A stretch of 63,816 nt of DNA, filler included, from Rhabdomonas costata (GCA_019059605.1; 42 parts of 42 records of this genome joined end to end with filler, not necessarily neighbours in it), one strand, 5' to 3'; counted from the whole stretch's first letter, positions 25,190 to 37,130 are shown. Made by a program: numbers and translations. Notes: generated by a model not told the origin, from the letters alone.

Positions 25190-25692
25190 GCAGCGCTATT
25201 CGAGGGGCGCGCGCGTGTGGGGACGGCTTACCATTTGGCACAGGCCGACTTGCCGTGGCTTTGCCTTTTGCCCCGCCATTGTCACTGCTCGTAATGGACA
25301 TTACTGCTGACTGAACAGTACTGCAACATCGTGGTGGATTTCCGCGCGAACCGTGGGACGCGTAGGAAGGCGGAAAGCCTGACATGTTGTGTGTGGTGAG
25401 CACTCCACATTTTCCTATTGGTGCAATTGGACCTTTCATGCGAGCACCCACGTTAATATTTACTTTTCATCCACGCTCTCCTTTACCCATCGTACACAAA
25501 CGCGAACAAATAGGCACAACTGTCCCCAAGGTGAACCAAACATTCCAGCTTTTTCCTGTTAAGTGTTTCCTGCCCACTTCTAAATTGGAATGGTGCGGAC
25601 GAAAGTGCCCTTCTCTTGCTCAGTGCTTGCCACTGGAGAGTACAAGCCGCAAGCACTCATAGTGCAGGCCTCTATTGGCTTTATCGTGTCCA

Positions 25693-25785
25693 TTAAGTGG
25701 CCCTATCTAGCCTAGCTTCTACAGGCCCGCCCTCACTTGGGGGGGGGTCCCACACATAGCTGGGCAATGGGCCCTTGAGGGGTTC
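25693..25785 (-). repeat. Dispersed repeat copy (related to 16488-16568)
   Basis: Three collinear conserved blocks shared with 16488-16568; the terminal block matches at 18 of 20 nt. Confidence 0.6.
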
Positions 25786-26096
25786 GTGGTACAGAGGTAC
25801 CCTGGTGTGTTTCTGGCCTGTGCCTGAGTTTGCTGTGTGTTTGCTTCTTTTACGCTTCTTTTGCGCTCCAGACGGCACCCAACACNNNNNNNNNNNNNNN
25901 NNNNNNNNNNNNNNNNNNNNNNNNNNNNNTTAATTAATTAANNNNNNNNNNNNNNNNNNNNNNNNNNNNNNNNNNNNNNNNNNNNTTTCCCTCAACTCCC
26001 AGCAGCTTGAAAGTTCGGAAGCATGCCCAAAACTTCATGGGCTCTGCCAATGACTCCAAACGGTGTGTGGTCGAGGGAATCAATGTGGTGATGCAG

Positions 26097-27214
26097 GAGT
26101 TCCTGCGAGGGATACCATGACCAGCCTGAGGCGTGCCTTCCACTTGGTGGAGCCCCGCAGGCGCCTCCTCCGCGCATCGCATTCCGCGGAGGCCGCTGAG
26201 GTGATGCGGAAGCTGAGCCGGCCTGCGACAGCTGCGGAGCTGACTCTGCTGGCGCGAGTGACATCGGGCTCTCTCTCCAAGGAGCTTGACTTCCTGCAGC
26301 TTCAAGTTTGTGGCACCTTTCTTCTTGTTCTTCGTTTGTGGGGTGTATGTGTGAATTCATTTGCTCTGCCCCTGAAGAGAAAGAAGCCGTAGGAGGTTCA
26401 AATGATGCGAAAATGGCACAAACCAAGAAGGTTTTGTTGTCAGTTTTCTTTGGTATGAAGTACGCACGCCGTATTCTCAGAACCAGGGAATCGAACTTCT
26501 GAATATGTTATATTTTAATAATAAGAAGCATCCGTTGGCATTCCACAAGCCTACGAGATTCGGAAATTTCTCGCACCTTCGCTCCACCACCAACAAGAAC
26601 GTGACCATTTTCATGTGGGTGCAATGAAGAAAATGCCAGGTGTAATTGCGAGACCTGCCTGTCGAGTCTGCTGACGATGGGAATTAATGGGGTCTGAGTG
26701 GACTAGGTTTCAAACGGGTCACTGCCGTTTCTCCGAGCTTTGGGGCGTAACTAATCATATCGCTTTTTACTTGCAGTAAACTTTAGCTCACTTACAATTC
26801 CTGCATAATTATCATCACTTTAGGACCCGTCCGCTGCTCTTTCACGATGACCGCAGATGGACTGGATCTTTCCTTTTCAGTTGTATCGCGAGAAGGAGTG
26901 AGCAATGTGGGCTATTGCAGGGCTTTTCTTTGGAGGAGAGCTTGGCGGAGCTTGCGGAGGAGTTTGAGCAGTTTCAGCCCCATATCGAAGCCATCCAGAG
27001 GACCGCCTCGGCGAAGCTTAGGTGGAGGGTCACGGGTTTGGCTCCCACCATGCTGTCCGAGGTTGTCCCTGGAGAGTTCTTCCTGAAGGGGCTGCAGATG
27101 CACTGCCGCAGTGGCATGCCCGTGGTGGCCCTCAGCCCGGTGGCGTGCTGGTTTGAGGACAGCGTGCCCGACACGCTTGAGCGTTGCGAGCAGGTTCCAG
27201 TCCATTTGGCGTAG
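26097..27214 (+). CDS. Hypothetical protein (2 exons)
   Basis: GC-rich exons 26097-26305 and 26921-27214 with a phase-compatible GT-AG junction. No family recognised. Confidence 0.45.
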
Positions 27215-27723
27215 GGGTAGGTGCGCAGGTCAATGCCTGACGATGTTGAGTTGGATGGTGCGGTGCCATGGGCTAGGAAACGGATAGTACCGGTATTACG
27301 TGTTCGCGCAAGGAGCAAGGAGTTAAACCTGTGTGGGAGAGAGGAGTTGCTGATGTATTTCACTGAAAGACAGTCAGATTTCTAGCATGGGGCGTCCTCG
27401 CTCCACAACACCNNNNNNNNNNNNNNNNNNNNNNNNNNNNNNNNNNNNNNNNNNNNTTAATTAATTAANNNNNNNNNNNNNNNNNNNNNNNNNNNNNNNN
27501 NNNNNNNNNNNNGTGTTGGGTGTGTGTGGGGGGGTGGGGAGATGAATCCTGTGGCGGCTAGCATTAATCAGAAACCAACCAGAATCTAGGAAAGAAACAA
27601 AAAATGAGGATTTGGTGCAAAACCCCAACTTCAGCAGAAAATAGTGCACGTAAGAAGGGTGTCCGAGGGTGAAACGTGATCAAAGAACCAAAGCAAAAAG
27701 AACAGGTTCACCTCAAGACGCAC

Positions 27724-28541
27724 CTGCCTGCTGTCCTCAGAAGGCAAACCGACCCCTGAGAGGTCAAAGCACGCCACCGTACAAAACGGCAACGGGGACG
27801 ATGGAGCTGGACAAAGCGGACAAAGCGTGCCCCAGTCCGGAAGAGGCCGATCATCATTGCTCAGCACCTCACTATCAAGGCCGGGAAGCACTCCGGGAAG
27901 GTCCATGTTGCTCGGGATCATGGCCTGAGGTTCAGGACAGTCCTTGTCCGCGGCCAGCCGCAGGTCCCGCTGCCGCCGCACCCAAAGCGTCTCGGGCATG
28001 AACTTCCGGTACTCCCGGAGGCACTCACACAGCGTCTCAAAGGACTTCATGAGGTCATTGAGCTCACTGAGGCAGGACCGGGGGAAGTGCATGGGCTGGG
28101 TGACCTTCATTCTGCTGAGCAGTTTCATGTCATGGACGAGCTGCCTCAGGGGACGGGTCAGGAGCCTCACCAGCAGAAGCGAGAGGATGCATGTCCTGCC
28201 ACAGGAAGTTACAGATAATACCAGCTTTCAATAGCACCGGGTATTGTGGGAACTACATCGGGGTTTACGGAGAGTGCGATGAGTTTGCGGTTAGCGCAGT
28301 GCACAAGACAGCCGTGCTCGGTAGCCAGAATTCTTTCGGAGTGGGCGATGACATCAATCATTCTTAACACAGCGCCTGCTAAGTGAGTAGGAGTGGATGG
28401 TGGGGTTGAGGAAAGGGCGAGGTGTGCACCGTACCCCACAATGCATCCGATAACAATCCCAAGGTTCACTTGAGCACCAGAGTACACTCGGTCGGACCAG
28501 GCCTTGGAGTCAGTGGCGACCACAAGAAGCTGATGAATCAC
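27724..28541 (-). CDS. Receptor-like protein: TM helix, HAMP-like domain, start of a cyclase-like domain
   Basis: Exons 28541-28435 and 28195-27724 join in phase: NLGIVIGCIVGTCILSLLLVRLLTRPLRQLVHDMKLL...SELNDLMKSFETLCECLREYRKFMPE...CTVACFDLSG. Confidence 0.75.
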
Positions 28542-29041
28542 CTGCGCGGGAGAGGCAGACGACATAACGACCCATCCTGAGCTCAGAGCAAACGCCTCGG
28601 ACAACACGTTCCCAGATCTGGAACATTCGTACTTTTGCGACCCCACAAAACAACGGCATACTTTCAGCAGTGAACCAGCGACAAGGGACACGTGCCGCTT
28701 CCTAACCCCCCTTATGCCCCCCCTGCCGTCGAGGATCAAGTTTTAGCACCTGGATCTTGGACCTTGAAACAATGTATGAATGACGAACTGGCAAAGTTCA
28801 CGTAACCCCTGCTTCTAAGCTCTAACGAAGCCCTAACAAATAGGCGTTTAATACGGTAGGAAAAAACATTACTGGTGACTGTTTTTCCAGTTTATCACAG
28901 AACCTTAGCGTTCTTTGATTTGCGGCTTTGAAAAAACCACANNNNNNNNNNNNNNNNNNNNNNNNNNNNNNNNNNNNNNNNNNNNTTAATTAATTAANNN
29001 NNNNNNNNNNNNNNNNNNNNNNNNNNNNNNNNNNNNNNNNN

Positions 29042-29880
29042 TTTTGTTGGGACGCATACTCCCCAATGACCATGGACAATTGATCGTAAGCAGGGCGAAA
29101 CCGGTAACAAGGGCACTTTCCGAAACACTGGCACGTGTGTCGCGGCCTGGGAATCATCATGTGTTAAATCCAACGGCTTTCCGGAGGGCGATATTCGATC
29201 GCCTGCCGCAGTTCGGGGACGGGAGGCAGCGCGATGCGATGGAATTCTTAGGTCAGATATGGAAAGTGTTACGAGAGGAGTGTGGCCGGACACCGACTCC
29301 CCAGTGCGAGCAAGGCCAAATGACCAACAATGTGATTCGGGATACGGTAGCCTTTGAGAAGCTTTCAGGTATCATGTCCCGATTGCGGGGGCCGAACGCG
29401 AACCACAAGGGAAGCATTGCATGTGGTTCTGGCAATGCCTGAGAAGCCCTCGGTGACCCTCGAGGACTGTCTGCGGAACCATTTTGGGGTGGAAAAGCTC
29501 GATGACCAGAACGTGTACCAATGTTCGGGTTATCATCGAAGAGTGAGAGCCAAAAAGCGCTTAATGATCTCGAAGATGCCAAAGTTGCTGGTCGTGGAAC
29601 TGAAGCGAATCCGGTTTGTTGTGGAAACAAGGGAACTGCGCACAGCAGTACTCACCCCTGCCCATCTTAACCTGGAGTTTGTGTCACCGGACCCAGAAGT
29701 CACGGCGGAGTTTGACATCGTTGCAATGGTCAACCACCAGGGTCTGATGGCTGCGGACAATACACTGCCGACATCAAAGGGTGTGAGGATGGACACTGGT
29801 TCCACTTTAACGATGAGCAGGTTGCTCCTTCAGAAGCCTTTCGAGCAGTGGAAGCGGTAATCGGGGTCTATGAATGGAAG
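29042..29880 (+). pseudogene. Intronless ubiquitin-specific protease (peptidase C19) pseudogene
   Basis: QRDAMEFL, CPDC, VTLEDCLRNHFGVEKL, MPKLLVVELKR, VNHQG, GQYTA and WFHFNDEQV occur in order across three frames (shifts near 29360 and 29745). The His-box H reads Q and a CxxC reads CSGY. Confidence 0.85.
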
Positions 29881-30569
29881 GGTCAACTGCAAGAATGCCA
29901 CCCAAAAAGGCACACTGCACGGCACAGAGAAACCGTGAAGACCCTGACCAGGCATCGCGGAGTGAGCAGAGAGTGGCGGAACCTTACCGTTGTTCAACCC
30001 CGGAGGGGACAACAGTTGGTGGAAGCGGGACACACCCACACGTTTTGGACGCTCCTTCGGAACCGCGGTGCGAACAACTGTTCGTGAAAGAAGCGAGCGA
30101 GGTTTTGGTTATAGCGCAAGGTTTTCTGTCATCTATGATGAATCCAGAGCGCGGCCGTGCAAGGTTCCAAAAAATCAGTCCCTTGGACGTGGGAGATGGA
30201 GCATCCCAAATAGGGTAGCCCTGGAAGAGTCTGATGTGAGGCTAGGGCTGGAGATGGATCTGTTGGAGGAAAGCGCAGATCTGGCTCAGCGGGAAAGTTG
30301 CAAGCGAGCACCCAGTGGGGAACCCCCGCAGAGGAGATGCAGAGTGAGGAACGTGGGACTGGAAGGCTAATCCGCGGTGAGCCAGGCATGGGAGCAATGA
30401 TAGAATCAGAAAGAGACGCCAGGCTCGTGTTGCTTGACGCGTGAAGAGGAGAAGTCGCACAACCAACACNNNNNNNNNNNNNNNNNNNNNNNNNNNNNNN
30501 NNNNNNNNNNNNNTTAATTAATTAANNNNNNNNNNNNNNNNNNNNNNNNNNNNNNNNNNNNNNNNNNNN

Positions 30570-30630
30570 TTGAATTGAATTGAATTCAATTATTTTTGGT
30601 GCGAAGGCCAGTCCGCGGCGCGACTGAAGC
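30570..30630 (-). repeat. Dispersed repeat end with (ATTCA)n tail (related to 50481-50545)
   Basis: TTTTGGTGCGAAGGCCAG (18 nt) is identical at 30594 and 50494 and is followed by a similar TCCGCxGCGCG. This copy abuts (TTGAA)3. Confidence 0.6.
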
Positions 30631-30759
30631 CGAGGGCGGGGAAGTATTCGAGGTGTTGTTCATCTCGTTGAAGAGGAGGGTTTACCGCCCCATTTGTGCA
30701 AAACGGTGACTTCTTCTGAAGCATCCTGGTGGGACCGCTCATTTTACTGGCAAACGGAC

Positions 30760-31949
30760 CTCCTCGTCCAACGCCGTGGCCTGCACAAAGGCCTTCTCGG
30801 CTGCGGCAAGCTCACCAAAGTGGTCGTACATCACCGTCCCGTAAGAGCACAGCAGCCGCAGCTGTGCCTTGGCGGGCAGGCTGCCGGCTGGGGCCTGCAC
30901 AAAGCGGCGCAGCAAAGGCGCAGATGCCAGGGGGGACAGGAGGCAGAGATACCAAAGCTTAAAACACCGGAATAAATTATCCGTTTCCTCACAGCCTCAG
31001 AAAAGAAAAGTTGCTTCACATTTCTGAGATACCTCAGCCAAAGCATTATTGAAATGCTTTCAGCGGCACAACATAAACCAACCAGGAACTAGAACAGCAC
31101 AAAATAAAGAAGGAAGATCCGCCAAGGGACAGTCCTGAGGGTGCTAGCAGCGTTTCGGGAGGCCCACTCTAAATAGACTATACATACTCTACATAAACTA
31201 GTAAAAGGGAATTCAGGCCTCCAGGGCCTTTTCGTACGCCACCCGGGCGCCGTCGTAGTTCTTGTCCTCATGCAGAAGCTTGCCGTGCAGAAAGTGCACC
31301 ATCCCGCTGCACTGGGGGTGCGCTGTGGCCTTCTGAAAGTACACCTCGGCCTGGCCTCTGTCCTGCTTCTCCGAGGCCAGAAAGTTCGCGTACTGCCCTT
31401 TCCATAACAGGAACGCAAGCTCACGATACACGGTCCACCCGCCCCACATGCCTCCGCTCACTGCCAAGACAGCACAGCACAGCACAGCACTGGCTTCACA
31501 GCGGGTGCCATCACGTGGAGGGGTCAGCTGTTGCCGAATGACTCCTAAAGGAGTGACCTCTGCATGCGACCACCACCGTAACCACCCATCCGCCCATTTA
31601 AAGCAGCCAACTACGTGCCTCTTTAGTAAAACGGTGCAGTGTATGTACGGATGGGACACACCAATTTAAACGCATTGTCAGCCGGCCGACCTCACCCCGT
31701 TCAGAGAGACGCATTCCCATCTCTCGCTCTGCATGGACGCATGGACGTCACTTGGAATTCTTTCGGATCGGAGAGGGGCTCAATGAACAAACGTGGCCGT
31801 GGGGGGGGGCAAAGCACACCCGAGAAGTCTGGGTCCTCTGCCGCGCCCAGCTCCACAGCCCGGGAGAAGTGAGTCTGGGCTTGATCCATGTCCACGTACT
31901 GCAGCAGAATCGCGAGGTTGGCGTGGGCCAAGACATTTGATGGCTCTTC
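30760..31949 (-). CDS. TPR-repeat protein (3 internal exons)
   Basis: Exons 31949-31820, 31397-31219 and 30894-30760: AHANLAILLQY..AQTHFSRAVEL, YANFLASE..AEVYFQKA, ARVAYEKALE, YGTVMYDHFGELAAAEKAFVQA. Confidence 0.85.
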
Positions 31950-32927
31950 CTGCATACACAATGAAAAGGTGGGCGTTGTAGCGTTTGAAACCCACAANNN
32001 NNNNNNNNNNNNNNNNNNNNNNNNNNNNNNNNNNNNNNNNNTTAATTAATTAANNNNNNNNNNNNNNNNNNNNNNNNNNNNNNNNNNNNNNNNNNNNTGT
32101 GGTGTTTCTTCTGGCTTTTCTCCAGCGCATGTTTGCTCACGCAGGTAACTGTGCCCAAAGTCAGCCACGATTACTACTGGAAGGACTGCTGCACGGTATG
32201 ACAATTGCATACCCACAAACGAGATGCATCCTTTTGGTGGCATCAATTCCAAGTTAGGTGTTTTCTCTTGAGTATTTCTCTTGGCTTTGGGGGGGGGGGT
32301 GAAAATTGGTGCCAACGCTCGCTGTGGTTTGAGTTCGTATGCCCCTGCGCACAGCACCGCTGGGCCAGTGGAGTGCTAGGTGATGCCAAAGGTTTGCCTG
32401 TTTATGCCTTTATGCTATTATTTGCATTATTTGATTGATACGCAACTCCTTCTGGAAAGCGGAAAGGTGAAGGGTGTTATTCCTCTCCTATTGAAAGTAA
32501 AGAGCACAGATTTGCGTTTTCCGGGAAGAAGTAGCGTAGCGGCTTCCGGCAAGCGAGCGAGTGAGCGAGCCCTTACATTGCGGTTCACCACTGTGCATGC
32601 TCAAGGTACACACAGGTATCCCAAGGTAGAGAATAACTAACAGCTCCCAAGACCCGGATAGTAGTCCCGCAGGAACCAGTCCGGGCGCTCTCCACCCACC
32701 AAAGTTTGCCGTTTGACATTATCAGATGGAAACCCCTCCAGCATCAAGAATGTGAACTAAGGTTGCTGAGGAGATATATCACCCCCTAGCCGCTTTTGCA
32801 GTTCGCTGCTGGAATCCAAGGGACACCGCCCTGTAACCCCCTGCGGTTCTTCTAATTCATTATAGATTTCTTTTGGCCCTCTTTGGTCCACGGACGATAC
32901 ATGGACATAGCTGTGCCTACCGTTTAG

Positions 32928-33116
32928 AGAGCCTTTCTGTTCGTGTGGGAGGACCGGCAGGGGTTGTGGGACTTTGAAACAGAGGTAGCACGGGACACTG
33001 CCGGGGGCGGGTGGAAGCGGGTCTTTTTGGAGCGGTTTTTGGAGGAGTGGATCATGGGGCTGGAGGAGGACAGCCCTGGGCCCTCTACCCTGGCCGACCT
33101 GGAGACCCTATGCACG
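32928..33116 (+). CDS. DRC5/TCTE1-like flagellar protein (internal exon)
   Basis: AG/GT-bounded 63-codon exon with GGWKRVFLERFLEEWIM, resembling the WKRxFxERxLE motif of DRC5. Confidence 0.5.
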
Positions 33117-33633
33117 GTTTGTGAATTGTGGGCCGTGTAGTTGGAAAAGGACGTCCTAAATGCTCAATCTCTGGTGGATGAACTGGGTGTACTCAACCTT
33201 CCCCACTGACTCGTACACGACTTTTCTGGAATTTTTTTTTTGCAAGTTTTCGGAAATCCAGAAAATACGTATGTGTTTTTTCACTTTGCTTTACGAAATC
33301 GTACCGACCCAATTAAGGGAAGAAAACTCTACGGGGATCCCCAGATCACCTCTCAGCAATTTATTTTCAGAGATACCAGCGAACTTGCGTCCACAGCAGT
33401 TGTGTGCTATTCACTTTTTCTTCTGCACTTCTCGGATGGAGGTCGAGATAATGTTAACTTTAATTAGATGGGAGAATCAGAATTATTTGCGAACTTTTTA
33501 GACCACATCCGTACACCCCCCACCNNNNNNNNNNNNNNNNNNNNNNNNNNNNNNNNNNNNNNNNNNNNTTAATTAATTAANNNNNNNNNNNNNNNNNNNN
33601 NNNNNNNNNNNNNNNNNNNNNNNNGTGTTTGTG

Positions 33634-34736
33634 GGTTGAGGAACTCAGTTTTTCACAGTGAGGTAATGGATGTAATCTAATCCCTTCCACCGTTCCGTCT
33701 TGTTGGCTTGAGTCCGGACATGAACACTGACGCAGTTTTGAAACCGCTGGCGGGTCTTGGCTTCTCTCCATAAGGGAAGGGGCACAATTAAATGTTTTGG
33801 TGTGGAGAAGTTAGTTAGTTGGTGCTATCGGAGCATTTTGCACGGGTGATTGGATGAGGAAATGCCACCATGTCGTTATTGTACTGCAGCTACACGAACT
33901 ATTTCGGACACAGTTAAAAACAACTCGTTAAGTCGCGGGAATCGGTGAAAGGTGTTGGATAGCGCCAAATATGTTTGGGATTCGGTTGAGCGAATAATCA
34001 ATTGTTGAGTATTTTCAACACTCCCAAGCCTGAAGGACCACTGACCCGCAAGCAAGCGATGCGGCTGGGCTAGGATCAGGCTTTAGTATCCCAGTGGTTT
34101 TGGAGGCGGCTTGCTGGCAGTGTGGCAGGAATGCTAGTGCACTGCTTCGCGAAGGAGGAACATCTCAGTGATCCAGCTTCCGCACGGTCGTCGTAAGCTG
34201 AAGGGCAGGCGTGCGGCGTGATCTTCCCCCTCAATGTCATCCCCGTTTTGTTCTGACCATCAACCGCCCTATTCCAAGCCTTCGCTGTTCCTCGAATGCG
34301 CGCTGTGTCCAACCGTGTGCTTGCTGGTTTGTTTACACTGCTGGGGGGTTTGTTGTACTGTGTGTGCACCTTGGTCTTCACATTGTGCAAAACCAAAAGC
34401 GCGCCGTTACATTTGCACTATTGCAACCCCGCTTGGGCGCGCCTGCCCTGTTCTTTCCGTGAGTTCCCTGCTTAAAAACCTAATTTGCTCAACAACGGAA
34501 TGTCAGCACTGAACGAAAACTAATACAAAAACAGTAAGGACCAAGCTAGGCTTCGGCGAAGCCATGGTGCTGTCTCTCTGGCGCAGTGATCACATCAAGA
34601 GCAAGAGAGTGACCTGGATGCTGCTGCGAGCACTTCTTGCCATAGTCGCATGGCGGCTTGTAAGGGGGGGGGGGACTTTTCGGAAGGGATTAGATTACAT
34701 CCATTACCTCACTGTGAAAAACTGAGTTCCTCAACC
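33634..34736. repeat. Perfect 55-bp inverted repeat flanking about 1 kb (possible non-autonomous TIR element)
   Basis: 33634-33688 is the exact reverse complement of 34682-34736. Confidence 0.9.
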
Positions 34737-36680
34737 TACAATTCACTCAATTAATTCACCTTAGTGTGCCCACCACCTCAACACAACTACTGTGCTGTTG
34801 ATTAAAGTTTGCCATGTGAGTTGTCCTCTTTCCTCATTCATCTCAAACATGCTGCCTGCTCTACTATTTTGCAGTTTATCCAATTCTTGTCTTTTCCGCT
34901 CGTCATTTTTGTTTTGTTGCTCTCTTGAATAGCAGCGATGGTGATATGGCGTCGCGATCCTCCAGTTGCCATGGGGAGTCATGTCAAAACACCTCAAGGT
35001 ATCAACAGCGTTCTACAGGCTTCCCGGCAAGTGCCTTCGTACGTTGCCACACNNNNNNNNNNNNNNNNNNNNNNNNNNNNNNNNNNNNNNNNNNNNTTAA
35101 TTAATTAANNNNNNNNNNNNNNNNNNNNNNNNNNNNNNNNNNNNNNNNNNNNCTTCTTGTGCCAGACCCTATCGCATGTGGGTCCACAACATGCACAATG
35201 TCCCGAGAGAACTCACCGGGCGCATGAAACTTATGGACAAAATGTCGGTCGAGTTGCCATTCCTGGGTGCCTATCAAAAAAAGACTGCGTAGACAGCTCG
35301 GGACGATGAACGACGGCGCGGCATTGGAGCATCTCCATCTTCACCTCCTCGAAGGGAGGGAAGCTCTAGCGGTGGTAGTTGTAATAACCGCTGGGTCAGA
35401 TCCTTTTGAAGGGGAGAAGGGAGAAGCCCACGTGGCGGCAATGATGGCAGCGAGGAAGCGATCATGGCTTCTCTGCGCGTCGGCAAGGTACGCTGCCGGT
35501 GGGGCCCAAGGCGGAGTTATGTCGGAGTTATGCAGGCTCATGGCTGCAGTGTGCAACAAGGTCTTGCCCCATCCCTACCGTCATGCGTTTTCACCACCGA
35601 AACGAAGTCGCGACATACACTCCGCGAATTACTAACGGGCTCGACGACAAACATGCTCACGAGTATTCGCGTTCCCTTGTGCTGCGATGCTTCCGGCCTC
35701 TTTTTTTCTCCACACGACACGTGTGGCGCCCCATAAAATGAGATAAAATGTGGTTTCCTAAATGGAGGAAATGTGAAGTAATGACGGAAATGGGAATTGC
35801 ATTGGGTGGTGTGAAATTCGTCTAAGAAAAAAGAAACCTGATCTCAATGTATGCACTCAGTTAACTTCGGCGATTTGCTGTCCTACATTTTCTTGAGTTG
35901 ACATCGAAAATTACCATTTTTGATGTGAAGCTGGCAAGATGTTACCCCTTAGAAATCCTTCTGGGGTGAGCCAGTGAATAGCCGACGCCCGTCTGTCACG
36001 GTAGCCCGTAGCCTGCGGTCCTAAGGCTTCGAAATTCAATCGTTTTCTCACATGTTTCTCTGAAGATAGCCAAAGCAACAACCCATCCAGCCACTGACTG
36101 AGGGAACGCACAAGTCAGCCGAGAAAGTTGACGCAAGAACACCCCGGAACAAAACCACCCGCTCTTTGAGCACCGCGGGAGAGACCACGGTCAGGGTACA
36201 TCGTCGATCATGACTCGTTCACTAGGCCGCGGTACACCGCTGCCCTCCTCCCTGTATGAGCATGTGAGTACACCAAGAAAAATTTGACCTTCGTGAGCGG
36301 AAAGGCCCCAGTGAGCCGCGGATTCGCTGCGAAGACCTCAAGCACTGCACGAAATGATTCGCCAAAACGGCAACAATAAAGGGTTTTCGAGGAGATGCGC
36401 GCAAAACGAAAAGAAAAGGACACGTGATTCGCGCTTGCGAGAGTGTGTGCGTGTGTGAGAGAAAAACAAAGTAAAGAAGCAAACACATCAGGTCTGCAGG
36501 ACCAGGTATGTCGCCTAGGACACGGAGTGTACGCCGGGGGGGGGGGAGGCACCGCCCATTCGGATGGATAACTGAACGCANNNNNNNNNNNNNNNNNNNN
36601 NNNNNNNNNNNNNNNNNNNNNNNNTTAATTAATTAANNNNNNNNNNNNNNNNNNNNNNNNNNNNNNNNNNNNNNNNNNNN

Positions 36681-37130
36681 ACCTGGCCAGGTCGACAAAC
36701 GCATCCCGCATAGTGTTGTGCCGTTTGTACAGCCCCATGGCAGCACATGAGAGCGCGTGATCACCGAGAGCGTCTTGGCAGGCACCGCAGGCTACACACG
36801 CAATGGGAAGGCCCAAGGGAGCTCCCAGACGCCACAACAGCAACAATCGCCACTCCGCCGAGGCCCACCTCGGGGAGGGGTGCTTCGGGGTAGGGCTGAG
36901 CAGCAAAAGCGCCTGCGTTAGCTCCGGACGCGAGCTCGCGCATCTTGTGCACCCGGATTGGCAGGTTCGTCTCGAGCAGCCTGGAGCTGAATTCGTGCAC
37001 CGCGTCCATCCATTGATGCTGGTCTGTCCAGGTTTCGAAAAGCTCCAGCTGTGCAACGTCGGATGCCACCCACCCGAACAAGAGTACGAAGGGCACTTAC
37101 ATGAGCGTAATGCGAAGATAGGGGGTTAGG
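36681..37130 (-). mobile_element. CRE/SLACS-like (RLE-type) non-LTR retrotransposon, decayed 3' part
   Basis: GANAGAF..QP, then a frameshift, then EWRLLLLWRLGAPLGLPIACVACGACQDALGDHALSCAAMGLYKRHNTMRDAF: the CCHC knuckle and RH motif that precede the restriction-like endonuclease. Confidence 0.85.

Noticed and set aside
31213..31215. TGA read-through or codon reassignment in the TPR gene
   Set aside because: The sequence after the TGA is not TPR-like, a GC-AG intron explains the continuation, and TGA is a normal stop in RPC3.
35153..35635. EHLHLHLL as a Helitron HUH motif, or ELCRSY..PYRH as a CCCH finger
   Set aside because: Supporting motifs are absent and several frameshifts would be needed.
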